From NCBI GenBank assembly GCA_043823065.1, contig JBDRBB010000001.1:32001-96000 (forward strand): a stretch of 64,000 nt of DNA. Direction: 5' to 3'. A program made the position numbers and the translations under genes. The DNA is from Pseudomonadota bacterium. Lineage in GTDB: Bacteria; UBA10199; 2-02-FULL-44-16; DYJF01. Below the pieces are notes generated by a model. It saw only the letters and a list, made by a program, of their open reading frames with translations, did no database searches and had not been told where the DNA came from. This document shows, one piece after another, positions 20,003-29,583 of this stretch (positions within the stretch are counted from its first letter, which is position 1; every line of letters starts with the position of its first letter).

Positions 20003-21877
20003 TTAATTTTTTTCAAGCTTCAAGTGCATCTCTTTTTTTTTGCCTGCTTCCAAACGAATTTCTGTAATGTAAGGAGCATAGCCATCTAGCCAGGCTTCTA
20101 AGTGATATACTTTAAGTGGCTCCAGATTATCCAAGTTTGCCGGAGATTGGCCAACTGGACTGCCATTTATAAGCACTAATGCTCCTGTGGGATCAGTATT
20201 TACCACTAATGAAGCATAATTTCGTTCTAACTGAACATCAAAATTCTGGCGAACATTGGATTGAGCTTCAATTTCTTGGTTCCAGAATTTATAGCCTTCT
20301 AGGTATAAACCTATACTGTATTTTTTATTTAGTTTAAGGTTGCTGATGGTTGTGGGTGTGCGCATGATACTTTCTTTGTCATCAATATAAATAACAGCAT
20401 TGGGCGGAACAGAAGTTAGATTCAAAATATATTTGGGCTGTTCTGTAGAGGTGAGAATAATACTGAAATTCTTAAATTCACCTGGATTTAAGTTTATAGT
20501 TCTGGTCTGGCTGGCATAGCCTGGCTTTTCAACTAGGATCACGTGTTCTTGTTGAGCAGAAATGTTTTTTATGGTCAAGGGCGAGCCAGATCCAACCAGT
20601 TTTTCATCTAAAAATACTCGGGCGTCAGTAGGCTCTGTTGTTAACAATACTTCACCCATTGCCGAGGTTGTTATAGAAGAAGTTGGTTCTTTTTGGGAAA
20701 AATAAATTAAACTGGATGTGGCTAGAACAATTAAGCCTAAAGCCCCTAGCATAAGCCGCACATGTTTTTTTATCCAGGATGTGGGGATAAATAATTTGTC
20801 AAGTTGGGTTTTATCTTTGTCTGCTTTATCTTGATCTGTATATTCAGCAGGAAGTTTGGTTAGGCCGGTATCTTCAAATTGACTGTCATCAGCCAGGGCA
20901 GAGGCAGTGCTTTCTATAATTTGCACTGGTGTTTTTAGGTCTTCTTGCTCATCAGCTTGTTCAATTTCAATCTTAAAAATCTCTTGCATAAAATCTGTAA
21001 TTTCAGAAGCCTTAAAATGGGAATAGTTGGCAGCCAGAAATTTTAATAAATCATCCCGCATATCAGCAGCCAAGGTATAGCGATGGCGACGATCTTTGGC
21101 TAAGGCTTTCATGACAATCCGGTCCAGTTCTTCTGGAATATTATCTTTTAAGCTGCTGGGAGGCTCAATTTTCGCTTGGCGAACATTGCGAATAGTTTGC
21201 CTATTGTCCTCAGTTTTGAATAACCTCTGGCCAGTTAAAAATTCATGAAAAATAACTCCTAAGGAAAAGATATCGCTGCGATGATCTATGGATTCGCCTC
21301 GTGCTTGCTCAGGTGACATATAGGCAAATTTGCCTTTTAATATTCCAGAATCTGTGGTGCCGGCTCTAACTGTACGCGCAATGCCAAAATCAATAATTTT
21401 AACTGTACCGGCATAAGTAACCATTAGGTTTTGGGGACTAATATCACGATGCACAATTTTTAAGCGGTGCATGTAATCAATTCCGCTGAGCACCTCACTC
21501 ATAAAATGGCATAAGGTGGGTATGGGGATGAGCTTGCCCATTTTCAGACAGCGTTTATGGATAACCGAAAGAGATTTGCCATCCACAAATTCCATGACAA
21601 TAAAGTAGTCATCGCCTGATTTGCCCAGATCATAGGTGTGGGCAATATTGCCATGAGAAAGGGTGACTGCGATTTTAGCTTCAGCAATGAGGCTATCTAT
21701 GAATTCTTTATCAGCTGCAATGTGCGGTAGAATTTTTTTAATGACCACAGTCTTTTTCAGACCATGTTCATCATAAGACAGCCCCTTATAGATTTTAGCC
21801 ATGCCGCCTTGGGCTAGTTCTTCAATTAGATAATATTGGCCAGCAGTCTGGGGTTGTTTTGATTTATCCGCACACAT
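20003..21877 (-). CDS. Membrane Ser/Thr protein kinase with C-terminal PEGA-like domains
   Basis: GGMAKIY, VIKK, HRDISPQN, DFG, YMSPE; one TM; repeated T.P..A.V..DG/NG modules. Confidence 0.92.
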   Translation of the reverse strand: MCADKSKQPQTAGQYYLIEELAQGGMAKIYKGLSYDEHGLKKTVVIKKILPHIAADKEFIDSLIAEAKIAVTLSHGNIAHTYDLGKSGDDYFIVMEFVDGKSLSVIHKRCLKMGKLIPIPTLCHFMSEVLSGIDYMHRLKIVHRDISPQNLMVTYAGTVKIIDFGIARTVRAGTTDSGILKGKFAYMSPEQARGESIDHRSDIFSLGVIFHEFLTGQRLFKTEDNRQTIRNVRQAKIEPPSSLKDNIPEELDRIVMKALAKDRRHRYTLAADMRDDLLKFLAANYSHFKASEITDFMQEIFKIEIEQADEQEDLKTPVQIIESTASALADDSQFEDTGLTKLPAEYTDQDKADKDKTQLDKLFIPTSWIKKHVRLMLGALGLIVLATSSLIYFSQKEPTSSITTSAMGEVLLTTEPTDARVFLDEKLVGSGSPLTIKNISAQQEHVILVEKPGYASQTRTINLNPGEFKNFSIILTSTEQPKYILNLTSVPPNAVIYIDDKESIMRTPTTISNLKLNKKYSIGLYLEGYKFWNQEIEAQSNVRQNFDVQLERNYASLVVNTDPTGALVLINGSPVGQSPANLDNLEPLKVYHLEAWLDGYAPYITEIRLEAGKKKEMHLKLEKN

Positions 21878-21941
21878 ATTAACTTACTAATGTACTTATT
21901 TTTCCGCAGAACGCAAGCCACATCAACCAAGAGTAACATCC

Positions 21942-21970
21942 TTGTCAATACTTGCCCGATTTGCTAGAGT
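21942..21970 (+). promoter_or_regulatory. Sigma70-like promoter for the FlhB/SctU gene
   Basis: TTGTCA-N17-TAGAGT with extended TG, 7 nt upstream of ATG 21978. Confidence 0.45.
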
Positions 21971-21977
21971 CCAGTTC

Positions 21978-23045
21978 ATGGCTGAGGAAAAAGGTCAAGA
22001 AAAGACTGAAGATGCAACACCGAAACGGTTAAGAGATGCCCGTAAAAAAGGGCAAGTTGCTAAATCGCGCGATTTAAACACGATCATTGTTTTAATTGGC
22101 GGTTTTATTATTCTGGCCTTTATGCGCGGCAATATGGGTGAGGAGTTGCGCGCAATTTTTGAAACTAATTTTGAATTAGTGGGTAGGGGAGATTTGACCA
22201 CGGAAATGCTTTTTCGGGCTGGGCAGCAAACTTTTTTTTCTTATTTGCATATAGTTTTGCCTTTTTTTGCAGGCATTGTGTTTATAGCCTTTGCAGTGGG
22301 TTTTTTTCAAATCGGGCCGATTTTTTCTGCTGAGCCCATGAAGCCTCAGCTTAAGAGATTAAACGCCATTGAAAATCTGAAAAATATGTTCAAGATTACC
22401 ACCTTGGTTGAGCTTCTAAAAAATATCGCCAAGCTTACCTTAATTTTTTGGCTAGCCTATTCTGTAGTATTTAACAACCTGCGCCAAATCTTGCTTACTG
22501 TCACTGCTTCACCAGAAAAATCCATGCTCATAGCTAGTCAACTAATAGTAATCTTTTTAATTAAGGTCTTTGTGGTCTTTATTGTGATTGCTATTATAGA
22601 TGTCATGGTTCAGCGCTGGCATTATAAAAAACAAATGCGCATGACCAAAGATGAAGTTAAGCGCGAATATAAACAAGACGAAGGAGATCCTCTAATCAAA
22701 AGCGCGCGCAAACAAATGCATCGTGAATTTGCCATGAGCGATACCAGACAACAGGTGGCAAGCTCTGATGTGGTTGTTACCAATCCCACAGAAGTGGCTG
22801 TAGCCATTAAATATGATGATAAAGAAATGCTGGCCCCAGAAATAATGGCCAAAGGCCAAAGACTTTTTGCTCAATCAATTCGTGAGATTGCCGAAGAATT
22901 TAGTGTGCCTATTATATCTAACCCACCATTGGCTTGGACCTTAATCGAACTAGATATTGGCGATGAAATACCAGAGGAGCTATATGCAGCAATAGCGGAA
23001 ATTCTAGTTCAAGTTTATCGTCTGAAAGAACAAGCAGAAAAATAA
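21978..23045 (+). CDS. Type III export substrate-switch protein (FlhB/EscU/YscU family)
   Basis: EKTEDATPKRLRDARKKGQV, MRMTKDEVKREYKQDEGDP, VVVTNPTE; start moved to MAEEK. Confidence 0.93.
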   Translation: MAEEKGQEKTEDATPKRLRDARKKGQVAKSRDLNTIIVLIGGFIILAFMRGNMGEELRAIFETNFELVGRGDLTTEMLFRAGQQTFFSYLHIVLPFFAGIVFIAFAVGFFQIGPIFSAEPMKPQLKRLNAIENLKNMFKITTLVELLKNIAKLTLIFWLAYSVVFNNLRQILLTVTASPEKSMLIASQLIVIFLIKVFVVFIVIAIIDVMVQRWHYKKQMRMTKDEVKREYKQDEGDPLIKSARKQMHREFAMSDTRQQVASSDVVVTNPTEVAVAIKYDDKEMLAPEIMAKGQRLFAQSIREIAEEFSVPIISNPPLAWTLIELDIGDEIPEELYAAIAEILVQVYRLKEQAEK

Positions 23046-23055
23046 TTTGGATTAA

Positions 23056-23760
23056 CTATTCTTTGGCTTTACCCTGCATTGGAACAAAGGTGGCTGCGGC
23101 CAAGCGTTTGGGTTTGGTTAATACGCCATCTTTTTTGAGGTAGAGCAATAATTCTTGAAATTTGTTTTCGCCGCCCAGAGGAATAAGTAACCTGCCATTT
23201 TCAGCTAACTGTTCCTTGATCGGTTCGGGAATTTGAGGAGGGCTGGTGGTAAAGACAATAGCATCAAAAGGTGCCTGCTCTGGCCAACCCAAGTATCCAT
23301 CGCCAGCTTTAAGGAAAATATTTTGGTAGCCTAGTTTGCCTAATCTTTGCTTAGCTGTTGTAATAAAGTCTGGCACAATATCAATGCTATATACTTTAGA
23401 AACCATCCTGGAAAGTAGGGCGGTTAGATAGCCACTGCCTGTGCCAATTTCTAACACTCTATCAGTAGGTTTAAGGTCTAAAGCTTGCATAAGAAAAGCA
23501 TCTTCATAAGGTCGGTCTAATGTTTGGTCCTGGCCCAGCGGCACTTCAATATCAGCATAGGCTTTTTGTTGGTGTTTCTTAGGTACAAATTCTTCTCGAG
23601 GAACAGTGAGCATCGCTTCTAGAACATTTTTGGCTTTAATTCCTCGCCAAAGAATTTGTTTATCCACCATTGCTTTGCGTTGTTGCGCAAAATCAGGAGG
23701 CTGGGAATTGCAAGCCATGAAGATAGTGCAAAAAAGAATTAAGAAAATAAAGTTTCGCAT
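23056..23760 (-). CDS. pcm: Protein-L-isoaspartate O-methyltransferase with lipoprotein-type signal
   Basis: VLEIGTGSGY, GDGYLGWPEQAPFDAI, FVPM; N-terminus MRNFIFLILFCTIFMAC. Confidence 0.88.
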   Translation of the reverse strand: MRNFIFLILFCTIFMACNSQPPDFAQQRKAMVDKQILWRGIKAKNVLEAMLTVPREEFVPKKHQQKAYADIEVPLGQDQTLDRPYEDAFLMQALDLKPTDRVLEIGTGSGYLTALLSRMVSKVYSIDIVPDFITTAKQRLGKLGYQNIFLKAGDGYLGWPEQAPFDAIVFTTSPPQIPEPIKEQLAENGRLLIPLGGENKFQELLLYLKKDGVLTKPKRLAAATFVPMQGKAKE

Positions 23761-23816
23761 AAGCAAATTATTTCCTATAGACATTAAAAGGTCAATAAAT
23801 TACGTTGCGCAACATT

Positions 23817-25541
23817 ATGAAAATAATTCTAAAAATTATATTAATTGTATTGTTAAGTTGCAACTGTTTGGCAGCAGTTTCTGACCAGCAAAAGAAGCGC
23901 GATGATTTGGTAGCTGAAGAGCTTAAGAAATATAAACACAAAGAAATCAAGTATGATGCATCAGATTTGTCAGCTAAAGATCAGGCTTTTCTCAAACGCA
24001 TGCTCAAAGCTGCCCAGATAGTTGAAGAAATTAATATGTTGCAGCTTAATCCGCATAATCTTGAATATCAAAAAGAAGTGCAAAATGTAGGTAGTCGAAA
24101 AGACAAAATATTGTTTCATCGCAATCAATCTTGTTGGTGTTCTGAAAATCAGGATGTGCTATGCAATGCCTGCCCAGGTTTGCCAGACAGAAAAATTGGC
24201 TGGGATTTTTGGCCAGATGATATGAACGAAAATCTGCTCAAGGATTTTGAAAAACTCCCTAATGCTAGTGCTCTACTCAGTCCATTTACTTATGTTAAGG
24301 CTGATAAATTTAAAAAATATAGCGCGATTCCATTTGCTTCCTATCCTTTAATTGCCGATCAAATTAAAAGATTGGCAGATGTTTTAAGATTAGCAGCTAC
24401 TGATGCCCAAGATTTAACTTTGAAAAAGTTTTTGCGTTCTCGGGCTAGGGCTATGGAGGCTAAACAAGCTTTTTCTTATGATAGTAGCGATTTGGATTGG
24501 ATTGGCTTGCAAGGACCATGGGAGCTCACTATTGGCCCCTATGAAACTTATAAGGAGCCTTTTAAACATAAAGCTCAATTTGAAATGTATTTGGGCCGCA
24601 TTCATCCTGAAGTTACCAAAAAACTAAATGTATATAAAAAATATCTGCAGGATTTTGAAAATCATTTTGCCAATTTTGTGGGCAAGGAATTATATAAACC
24701 GCGCAAATTGGATAAGGGAGTAGTGATCAGGGCCATTGATGTTATATATGCTGCTGGCGACGGACGTAGTGCGCACGGAGCTACAGTGGCTTATCATTTG
24801 CCTAATCGCGGCCGGGCCATTGAAAAAGGTCTGTCCAAAAAGGTTTTGTTAGTAAACCATATGCAGTTGTTTGGTCCATTAATGAAAAAAAGGGCTAAGG
24901 TCTCTTTGGTGAAAGATCAAGTAGCCTTAGTGCAGGAATGGTCTGATATTATGAACACCACGTTCCATGAGTTTGCTCATGGTTTGGGTGCGCATGAAGA
25001 ACTTAAGATAAGAGATGTTAAAGGTCGGCAAACAACGGTTAGTCAGGCTTTGGGTTCAATGGAAACTTTAATGGAAGAGCTTAAAGCAGACGTAGCTAGT
25101 CAATGGTTTGTGCCGTATTTGGTTAAACAGGGTTTGTTAAAACCAGAAGAAGTTAACAGTAGATATGCCACAGCAGTGCAGCATTTATTTGGTTTAATTC
25201 AATATTCTCTAAAAGGAACTTATGCCCAGATGGCAGCTGTGGAATTGGGTAATTTAATGGATTATGGCGTTTTAAGATATGATCAAGAAGAAGAGAAATT
25301 TGACATTAATTTTGAAAAATATCATGGCGCTGTAGAACAATTGTTAAAAAGAGTGGCTACCATTCAGTTAACTGGAGATAAAGATGGGGCGCAAGCTTTG
25401 CGCGATCAATACGTTAAAAAAGATAAAGGCGACCAATATCAGCTATTGTCGCCTTTGAATGATTTTATTGCCCAACTCAAACAAGCTTTTGAAGATGAAA
25501 AATTAAAAAGCTATGCTATTGATTATAAGGTTAAATTTTAA
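23817..25541 (+). CDS. Exported zinc peptidase, M49/dipeptidyl-peptidase III-like (HExxH type)
   Basis: Signal peptide; TIGPYETY, AYHLPN, HEFAHGLG, EELKAD. Confidence 0.8.
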   Translation: MKIILKIILIVLLSCNCLAAVSDQQKKRDDLVAEELKKYKHKEIKYDASDLSAKDQAFLKRMLKAAQIVEEINMLQLNPHNLEYQKEVQNVGSRKDKILFHRNQSCWCSENQDVLCNACPGLPDRKIGWDFWPDDMNENLLKDFEKLPNASALLSPFTYVKADKFKKYSAIPFASYPLIADQIKRLADVLRLAATDAQDLTLKKFLRSRARAMEAKQAFSYDSSDLDWIGLQGPWELTIGPYETYKEPFKHKAQFEMYLGRIHPEVTKKLNVYKKYLQDFENHFANFVGKELYKPRKLDKGVVIRAIDVIYAAGDGRSAHGATVAYHLPNRGRAIEKGLSKKVLLVNHMQLFGPLMKKRAKVSLVKDQVALVQEWSDIMNTTFHEFAHGLGAHEELKIRDVKGRQTTVSQALGSMETLMEELKADVASQWFVPYLVKQGLLKPEEVNSRYATAVQHLFGLIQYSLKGTYAQMAAVELGNLMDYGVLRYDQEEEKFDINFEKYHGAVEQLLKRVATIQLTGDKDGAQALRDQYVKKDKGDQYQLLSPLNDFIAQLKQAFEDEKLKSYAIDYKVKF

Positions 25542-25545
25542 TCGT

Positions 25546-25606
25546 ATCCTTCGACAAGCTCAGGATGATCGGACTTAACCGTTCGTGGTGAGCTAGTCGA
25601 ACCACG
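25546..25606. repeat. Family A palindromic element (ccttcgacaagctcagg / gtgagc..gtcgaacc)
   Basis: Two inverted units between convergent genes; recurs at 29604, 36092, 44721, 45838, 46830, 52944. Confidence 0.88.
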
Positions 25607-25615
25607 CAGATGGAC

Positions 25616-26197
25616 TTAAAAATGATATGCTACGTTGGCTTGCAGGGAAACTGGAAACAATGAGGTTCCGTTGCTATTACCGCCAATTGAATCAATCATC
25701 CCAATCGATCGAAGTACCGTGGCAAAACCTAAAGAGAATTTCTCGGTAAGATAAAAATCAAAACCCAGGCCTAAATTAGCGCCAATACCAAAGGCAACTG
25801 TGCCATTATCAGCACTGCCTTCAGAAACAGCGTAAAAGCCAATGCCAATCATGCCGTAAGGGTCCCAACGGGAAGGACTGGAAAGAACATAAAACTTTAA
25901 ATCAAAAGTTGGAATACCCAAGAATTCAATTCCGTTGTCACCAGCGCTGATACCAGTGCCATCTTCTGTGGTAACCATGACGCCAAATTGTGTGGAAAAT
26001 TGGGGAGACCAGCGATAATCAAAATAAACATAACCACCCACGCCTGGATCCAGCTCTGGGTTGGAATCAACCACAAAAATATTGCCCACTGGACCTAAAC
26101 CAACTGAAAAATTGCCAGCAGTAGATCCGGCATAAGTTGTATTAGATGAAATTATTAGGAATAGAGTGGCTATTACTATAAGTGTAATTTTTTTCAT
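25616..26197 (-). CDS. Small outer-membrane beta-barrel protein
   Basis: Signal peptide ending TYA, alternating amphipathic strands, C-terminal AYHF. Confidence 0.85.
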   Translation of the reverse strand: MKKITLIVIATLFLIISSNTTYAGSTAGNFSVGLGPVGNIFVVDSNPELDPGVGGYVYFDYRWSPQFSTQFGVMVTTEDGTGISAGDNGIEFLGIPTFDLKFYVLSSPSRWDPYGMIGIGFYAVSEGSADNGTVAFGIGANLGLGFDFYLTEKFSLGFATVLRSIGMIDSIGGNSNGTSLFPVSLQANVAYHF

Positions 26198-26213
26198 GAA
26201 TCCCCCTTTTTAT

Positions 26214-26366
26214 AAATCCTAATATCTAATATCTAAATACTAAACAATACCAAAATTCAAATTACAAAATTCCAAACATCATGTCTAGGAGCAAATTCAA
26301 CTAATCGTGTTTTGAACATTTGAAATTTGAATTTGTTTAGAATTTAGGATTTAGATATTAGAATTT
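26214..26366. repeat. Family F AT-rich inverted repeat with ~7-nt periodic arms
   Basis: aaatcctaatatctaatatctaaatactaaacaa ... ttgtttagaatttaggatttagatattagaattt; similar copy at 43770. Confidence 0.85.
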
Positions 26367-26973
26367 AAAATTTTATACGTACTTTTCTCCCCTTAATATC
26401 AAGTTTATTTTCTGCTATTAATTGAATAGCTTTCGAATATAGCTTGTGTTCCTCTTTTAGAATGCGTTCACTCAAGGTTTCCACTGTATCATCATCCTGC
26501 ACAGGGACCATGGTTTGCAAAATAATTGGCCCGTGATCTGTTAGATCATCAACAAAATGCACAGTGCAGCCAGAAACTTTCACTCCATATTCCCAAGCTT
26601 GTTTTTGCGCATCAAGTCCTGGAAAAGATGGTAAAAGAGCAGGATGGATATTTATAACTCGATTAGGAAACGCAGCTAAAAAAGTTTTACCTACAATGCG
26701 CATATAGCCAGCTAAACAAACTAAATCTACTTGAGCTTGTTTGAGTTCATTTATTAAAGCTGTTTCATATTCATTTTTGGTTGAGTATTTTTTTCGTTCA
26801 AGGATAGTAGTTTTAAGGCCAGCTTTTTTTGCTCGTTCTAAAGCTTGAGCGCCAGGAACATCACTAATAATAATTGCGACTTCTGCCTGAATTTCATTTT
26901 TTTTGCAGGCATCTATAATAGCTTGCAAATTACTGCCTCTACCAGAGGCTAAAACACCTAATTTAAGTTTCAT
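26365..26973 (-). CDS. purN: Phosphoribosylglycinamide formyltransferase
   Basis: SGRGSNLQA, LAGYMRI, NIHPALLP, GCTVHFV. Confidence 0.97.
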   Translation of the reverse strand: MKLKLGVLASGRGSNLQAIIDACKKNEIQAEVAIIISDVPGAQALERAKKAGLKTTILERKKYSTKNEYETALINELKQAQVDLVCLAGYMRIVGKTFLAAFPNRVINIHPALLPSFPGLDAQKQAWEYGVKVSGCTVHFVDDLTDHGPIILQTMVPVQDDDTVETLSERILKEEHKLYSKAIQLIAENKLDIKGRKVRIKF

Positions 26974-26976
26974 AGT

Positions 26977-28011
26977 TTAAATTAATTCAACAACAGGCTC
27001 GTTTGCTTTTTTTGCTTTTATTGAACCAATCTCATATGCACTTTCACCATGGGCTGAAATTAAATCGCACACATCTTTCACTTGGTTGCTAGGCAAAACT
27101 AATATTAAACCAATCCCGCAATTAAAAACACGAAACATCTCTGCTTCATCTAAATTGGCAATTTGCTCAAAATGTTTCATCACCGCAGGCATCTGCCAAG
27201 CCTGTTTGTCAATGCAGGCTTTAACGCCAGGCGGTAAAACTCTGGGGATGTTATCAACAAAGCCGCCGCCTGTAATATGCGCAATGGCGTTGATTTTAAA
27301 TTCTCGAATTAAACGGGTGGTGATTGGACTATATAATATAGTTGGCTCTAAAACCAGCTCTCCTAGAGTTTTGTTCATTCCAGGCAAAGGTTTATGCAAA
27401 TCTAGATTATGATCTTTAATTATTTTACGCACCAAAGAATAGCCATTGGAATGAAAACCGCTGGAGGCAATGCCAATAATGCTATTATCTAGGCGAACTT
27501 CTGTGCCATCTATAATATGATGGCGATCAACAATGCCTACGGCAAATCCAGCTAAATCAAAATCATTGCCAGTATACATGTCTGGCATTTCCGCAGTTTC
27601 GCCGCCAATCAACGCGCAGTGGGTAGTTTCACAAGCCTTGGCGATTCCCTTAACAATATGTTGATGCTCTTCAGGTTTAAGTTGGCCAGTGGCAAAATAA
27701 TCTAAAAAGAAAAGGGGTTTTGCTCCACAACAGGCAATGTCATTCACGCACATGGCCACTAAATCTTGCCCAATTGTATCGTATTTATTGAGTTCAATAG
27801 CTATTTTTAACTTGGTACCTACTCCATCTGTTGATGAAACTAAAACAGGCTCTTTATATTCCTTAGTGTCCAGGGCAAATAATCCACCATAGCCGCCAAT
27901 ACCAGTGAGCACTCCCCGACGTTGGGTTCTTTGGACAAATGGTTTGATCAGATCGACAAAATGATTTCCTGCATCAATATCTACTCCAGCTTTTTTATAT
28001 TGATCATTCAT
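26977..28011 (-). CDS. purM: AIR synthase
   Basis: YKKAGVDIDAG, TDGVGTKL, GGETAEMP, HITGGG. Confidence 0.98.
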   Translation of the reverse strand: MNDQYKKAGVDIDAGNHFVDLIKPFVQRTQRRGVLTGIGGYGGLFALDTKEYKEPVLVSSTDGVGTKLKIAIELNKYDTIGQDLVAMCVNDIACCGAKPLFFLDYFATGQLKPEEHQHIVKGIAKACETTHCALIGGETAEMPDMYTGNDFDLAGFAVGIVDRHHIIDGTEVRLDNSIIGIASSGFHSNGYSLVRKIIKDHNLDLHKPLPGMNKTLGELVLEPTILYSPITTRLIREFKINAIAHITGGGFVDNIPRVLPPGVKACIDKQAWQMPAVMKHFEQIANLDEAEMFRVFNCGIGLILVLPSNQVKDVCDLISAHGESAYEIGSIKAKKANEPVVELI

Positions 28012-28117
28012 AGATTAGTATGTGGTATGTAGTAAGTAGTATAAAAAGTCAATCATTGGTCACATCTTAAAAGGTTTCGCTTGAGCTTTTCGGTTTGATA
28101 CTTTACATATATAAATT

Positions 28118-28903
28118 ATGCCTTTTGACCGAACAATTACTAAAAAATCAAATGGGGTTAATCCTTTAATCTTGGTTTCTAATGATGACGGATATGATTC
28201 TGAAGGAATTCAAGTTTTAGCCCAGGCGTTAAGAAAAATTGGCAGGGTGGTGGTGGTTGCTCCAGATCGTGAACGCAGCGCAGCTAGCCATGCCTTAACT
28301 TTGCACACTCCTTTGCGGCTTAAAAATATCGGTACTGATATATATGCTGTCTCTGGCACGCCAACAGATTGTATTAATCTTGGCATAAATGGAATTTTAA
28401 AAGAAATGCCCAATCTTATTGTTTCGGGCATTAATCATGGCGCTAATTTAGGGGATGATGTTCATTATTCTGGAACCGTTTCAGCTGCTTTAGAAGGTGG
28501 AATAATGGGCGTGCCTGCTATAGCAATTTCTTTGGTTGGCCGCAAAAATCTGTTTTTTGAAGCTGCTGCTAAATATGCTGTCAAGTTAAGCAAGATACTT
28601 ATCAAACAACCTCTACCTAAAGGCATAATTTTAAATGTTAATGTTCCGAATTTGCCTATGTCTCAAATTAAAGGATATGAATTTACCATTCAAGGCAAGC
28701 GTCACTATGGAAATATTATTGTAGAAAAAACCGATCCAGGTGGTCGTAAATATTTTTGGATCGCTGGTGGTGAAGCAGATTTTGAAAATATTCCTAATTC
28801 AGATTGCAATGCCATTGGAGCTGATAAAATTTCCATTACTCCTCTGCGTGTGGATGCCACAGATGAAAACAGCCTCAAAACTCTCAGGAAGTGGAAGCTA
28901 TAG
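28118..28903 (+). CDS. surE: 5'/3'-nucleotidase SurE
   Basis: LVSNDDG, SGTPTDC, SGINHGANLG, YSGTVSAA. Confidence 0.96.
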   Translation: MPFDRTITKKSNGVNPLILVSNDDGYDSEGIQVLAQALRKIGRVVVVAPDRERSAASHALTLHTPLRLKNIGTDIYAVSGTPTDCINLGINGILKEMPNLIVSGINHGANLGDDVHYSGTVSAALEGGIMGVPAIAISLVGRKNLFFEAAAKYAVKLSKILIKQPLPKGIILNVNVPNLPMSQIKGYEFTIQGKRHYGNIIVEKTDPGGRKYFWIAGGEADFENIPNSDCNAIGADKISITPLRVDATDENSLKTLRKWKL

Positions 28904-29583
28904 CCATGATGATCAGCCGCAGCAATAATCATGAACAAGGCCGTTATGCAGTAGCTAGGCGTCGGATGGTTTCTGAACAGTTAATTCCAAATGGTATTAA
29001 AGACGAGCGGGTTTTAGCAGCTATGTCTAAAGTTCATCGCGAAGCTTTTGTGGATAAGGGCATGACCAATCAAGCTTATGAAGACAGGCCTTTGCAGATT
29101 GGTAATGGCCAGACAATTTCGCAGCCTTGGATTGTGGCTAAAATGACTGAACTCTTAAATTTGCAAGGTCAGGAAAAAGTTTTGGAAATTGGCACTGGTT
29201 CTGGTTATCAAGCAGCAATTTTGGCAGAATTAGTTAAAGAAGTTTATACTATTGAAAGGCTAAGCACGCTTTCTATTCGCGCGCGTCAGGCCTTAAACAG
29301 ATTTGGTTATCATAATATTTTTTTTAAGATTGGCGATGGTACACTAGGTTGGCCAGAGAAGGGCCCCTATGATGGAATTTTAGTCACTGCTGGCGCGCCA
29401 GTTGTGCCAGAAGCCCTTTGCCAGCAGTTGGCAGAAAACGGAACTTTGATAGTGCCAGTGGGCAGCGAGGCAGTGCAAAGATTGATGGTTATTAAACGCC
29501 TGGGAAATAATTTTCGCACTCAAGAATTAACCTGTTGTCGTTTTGTAAAACTTATTGGTCAGCAAGGGTGGCATGATGGATAG
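28891..29583 (+). CDS. pcm: Protein-L-isoaspartate O-methyltransferase (cytoplasmic copy)
   Basis: GQTISQP, LEIGTGSGYQAA, GDGTLGWP; canonical surE-pcm-nlpD order. Confidence 0.95.
   Translation: MEAIAMMISRSNNHEQGRYAVARRRMVSEQLIPNGIKDERVLAAMSKVHREAFVDKGMTNQAYEDRPLQIGNGQTISQPWIVAKMTELLNLQGQEKVLEIGTGSGYQAAILAELVKEVYTIERLSTLSIRARQALNRFGYHNIFFKIGDGTLGWPEKGPYDGILVTAGAPVVPEALCQQLAENGTLIVPVGSEAVQRLMVIKRLGNNFRTQELTCCRFVKLIGQQGWHDG

Noticed and set aside
25546..25606. Palindromes as integron attC sites
   Set aside because: No RYYYAAC/GTTRRRY ends, no cassette array and no integrase
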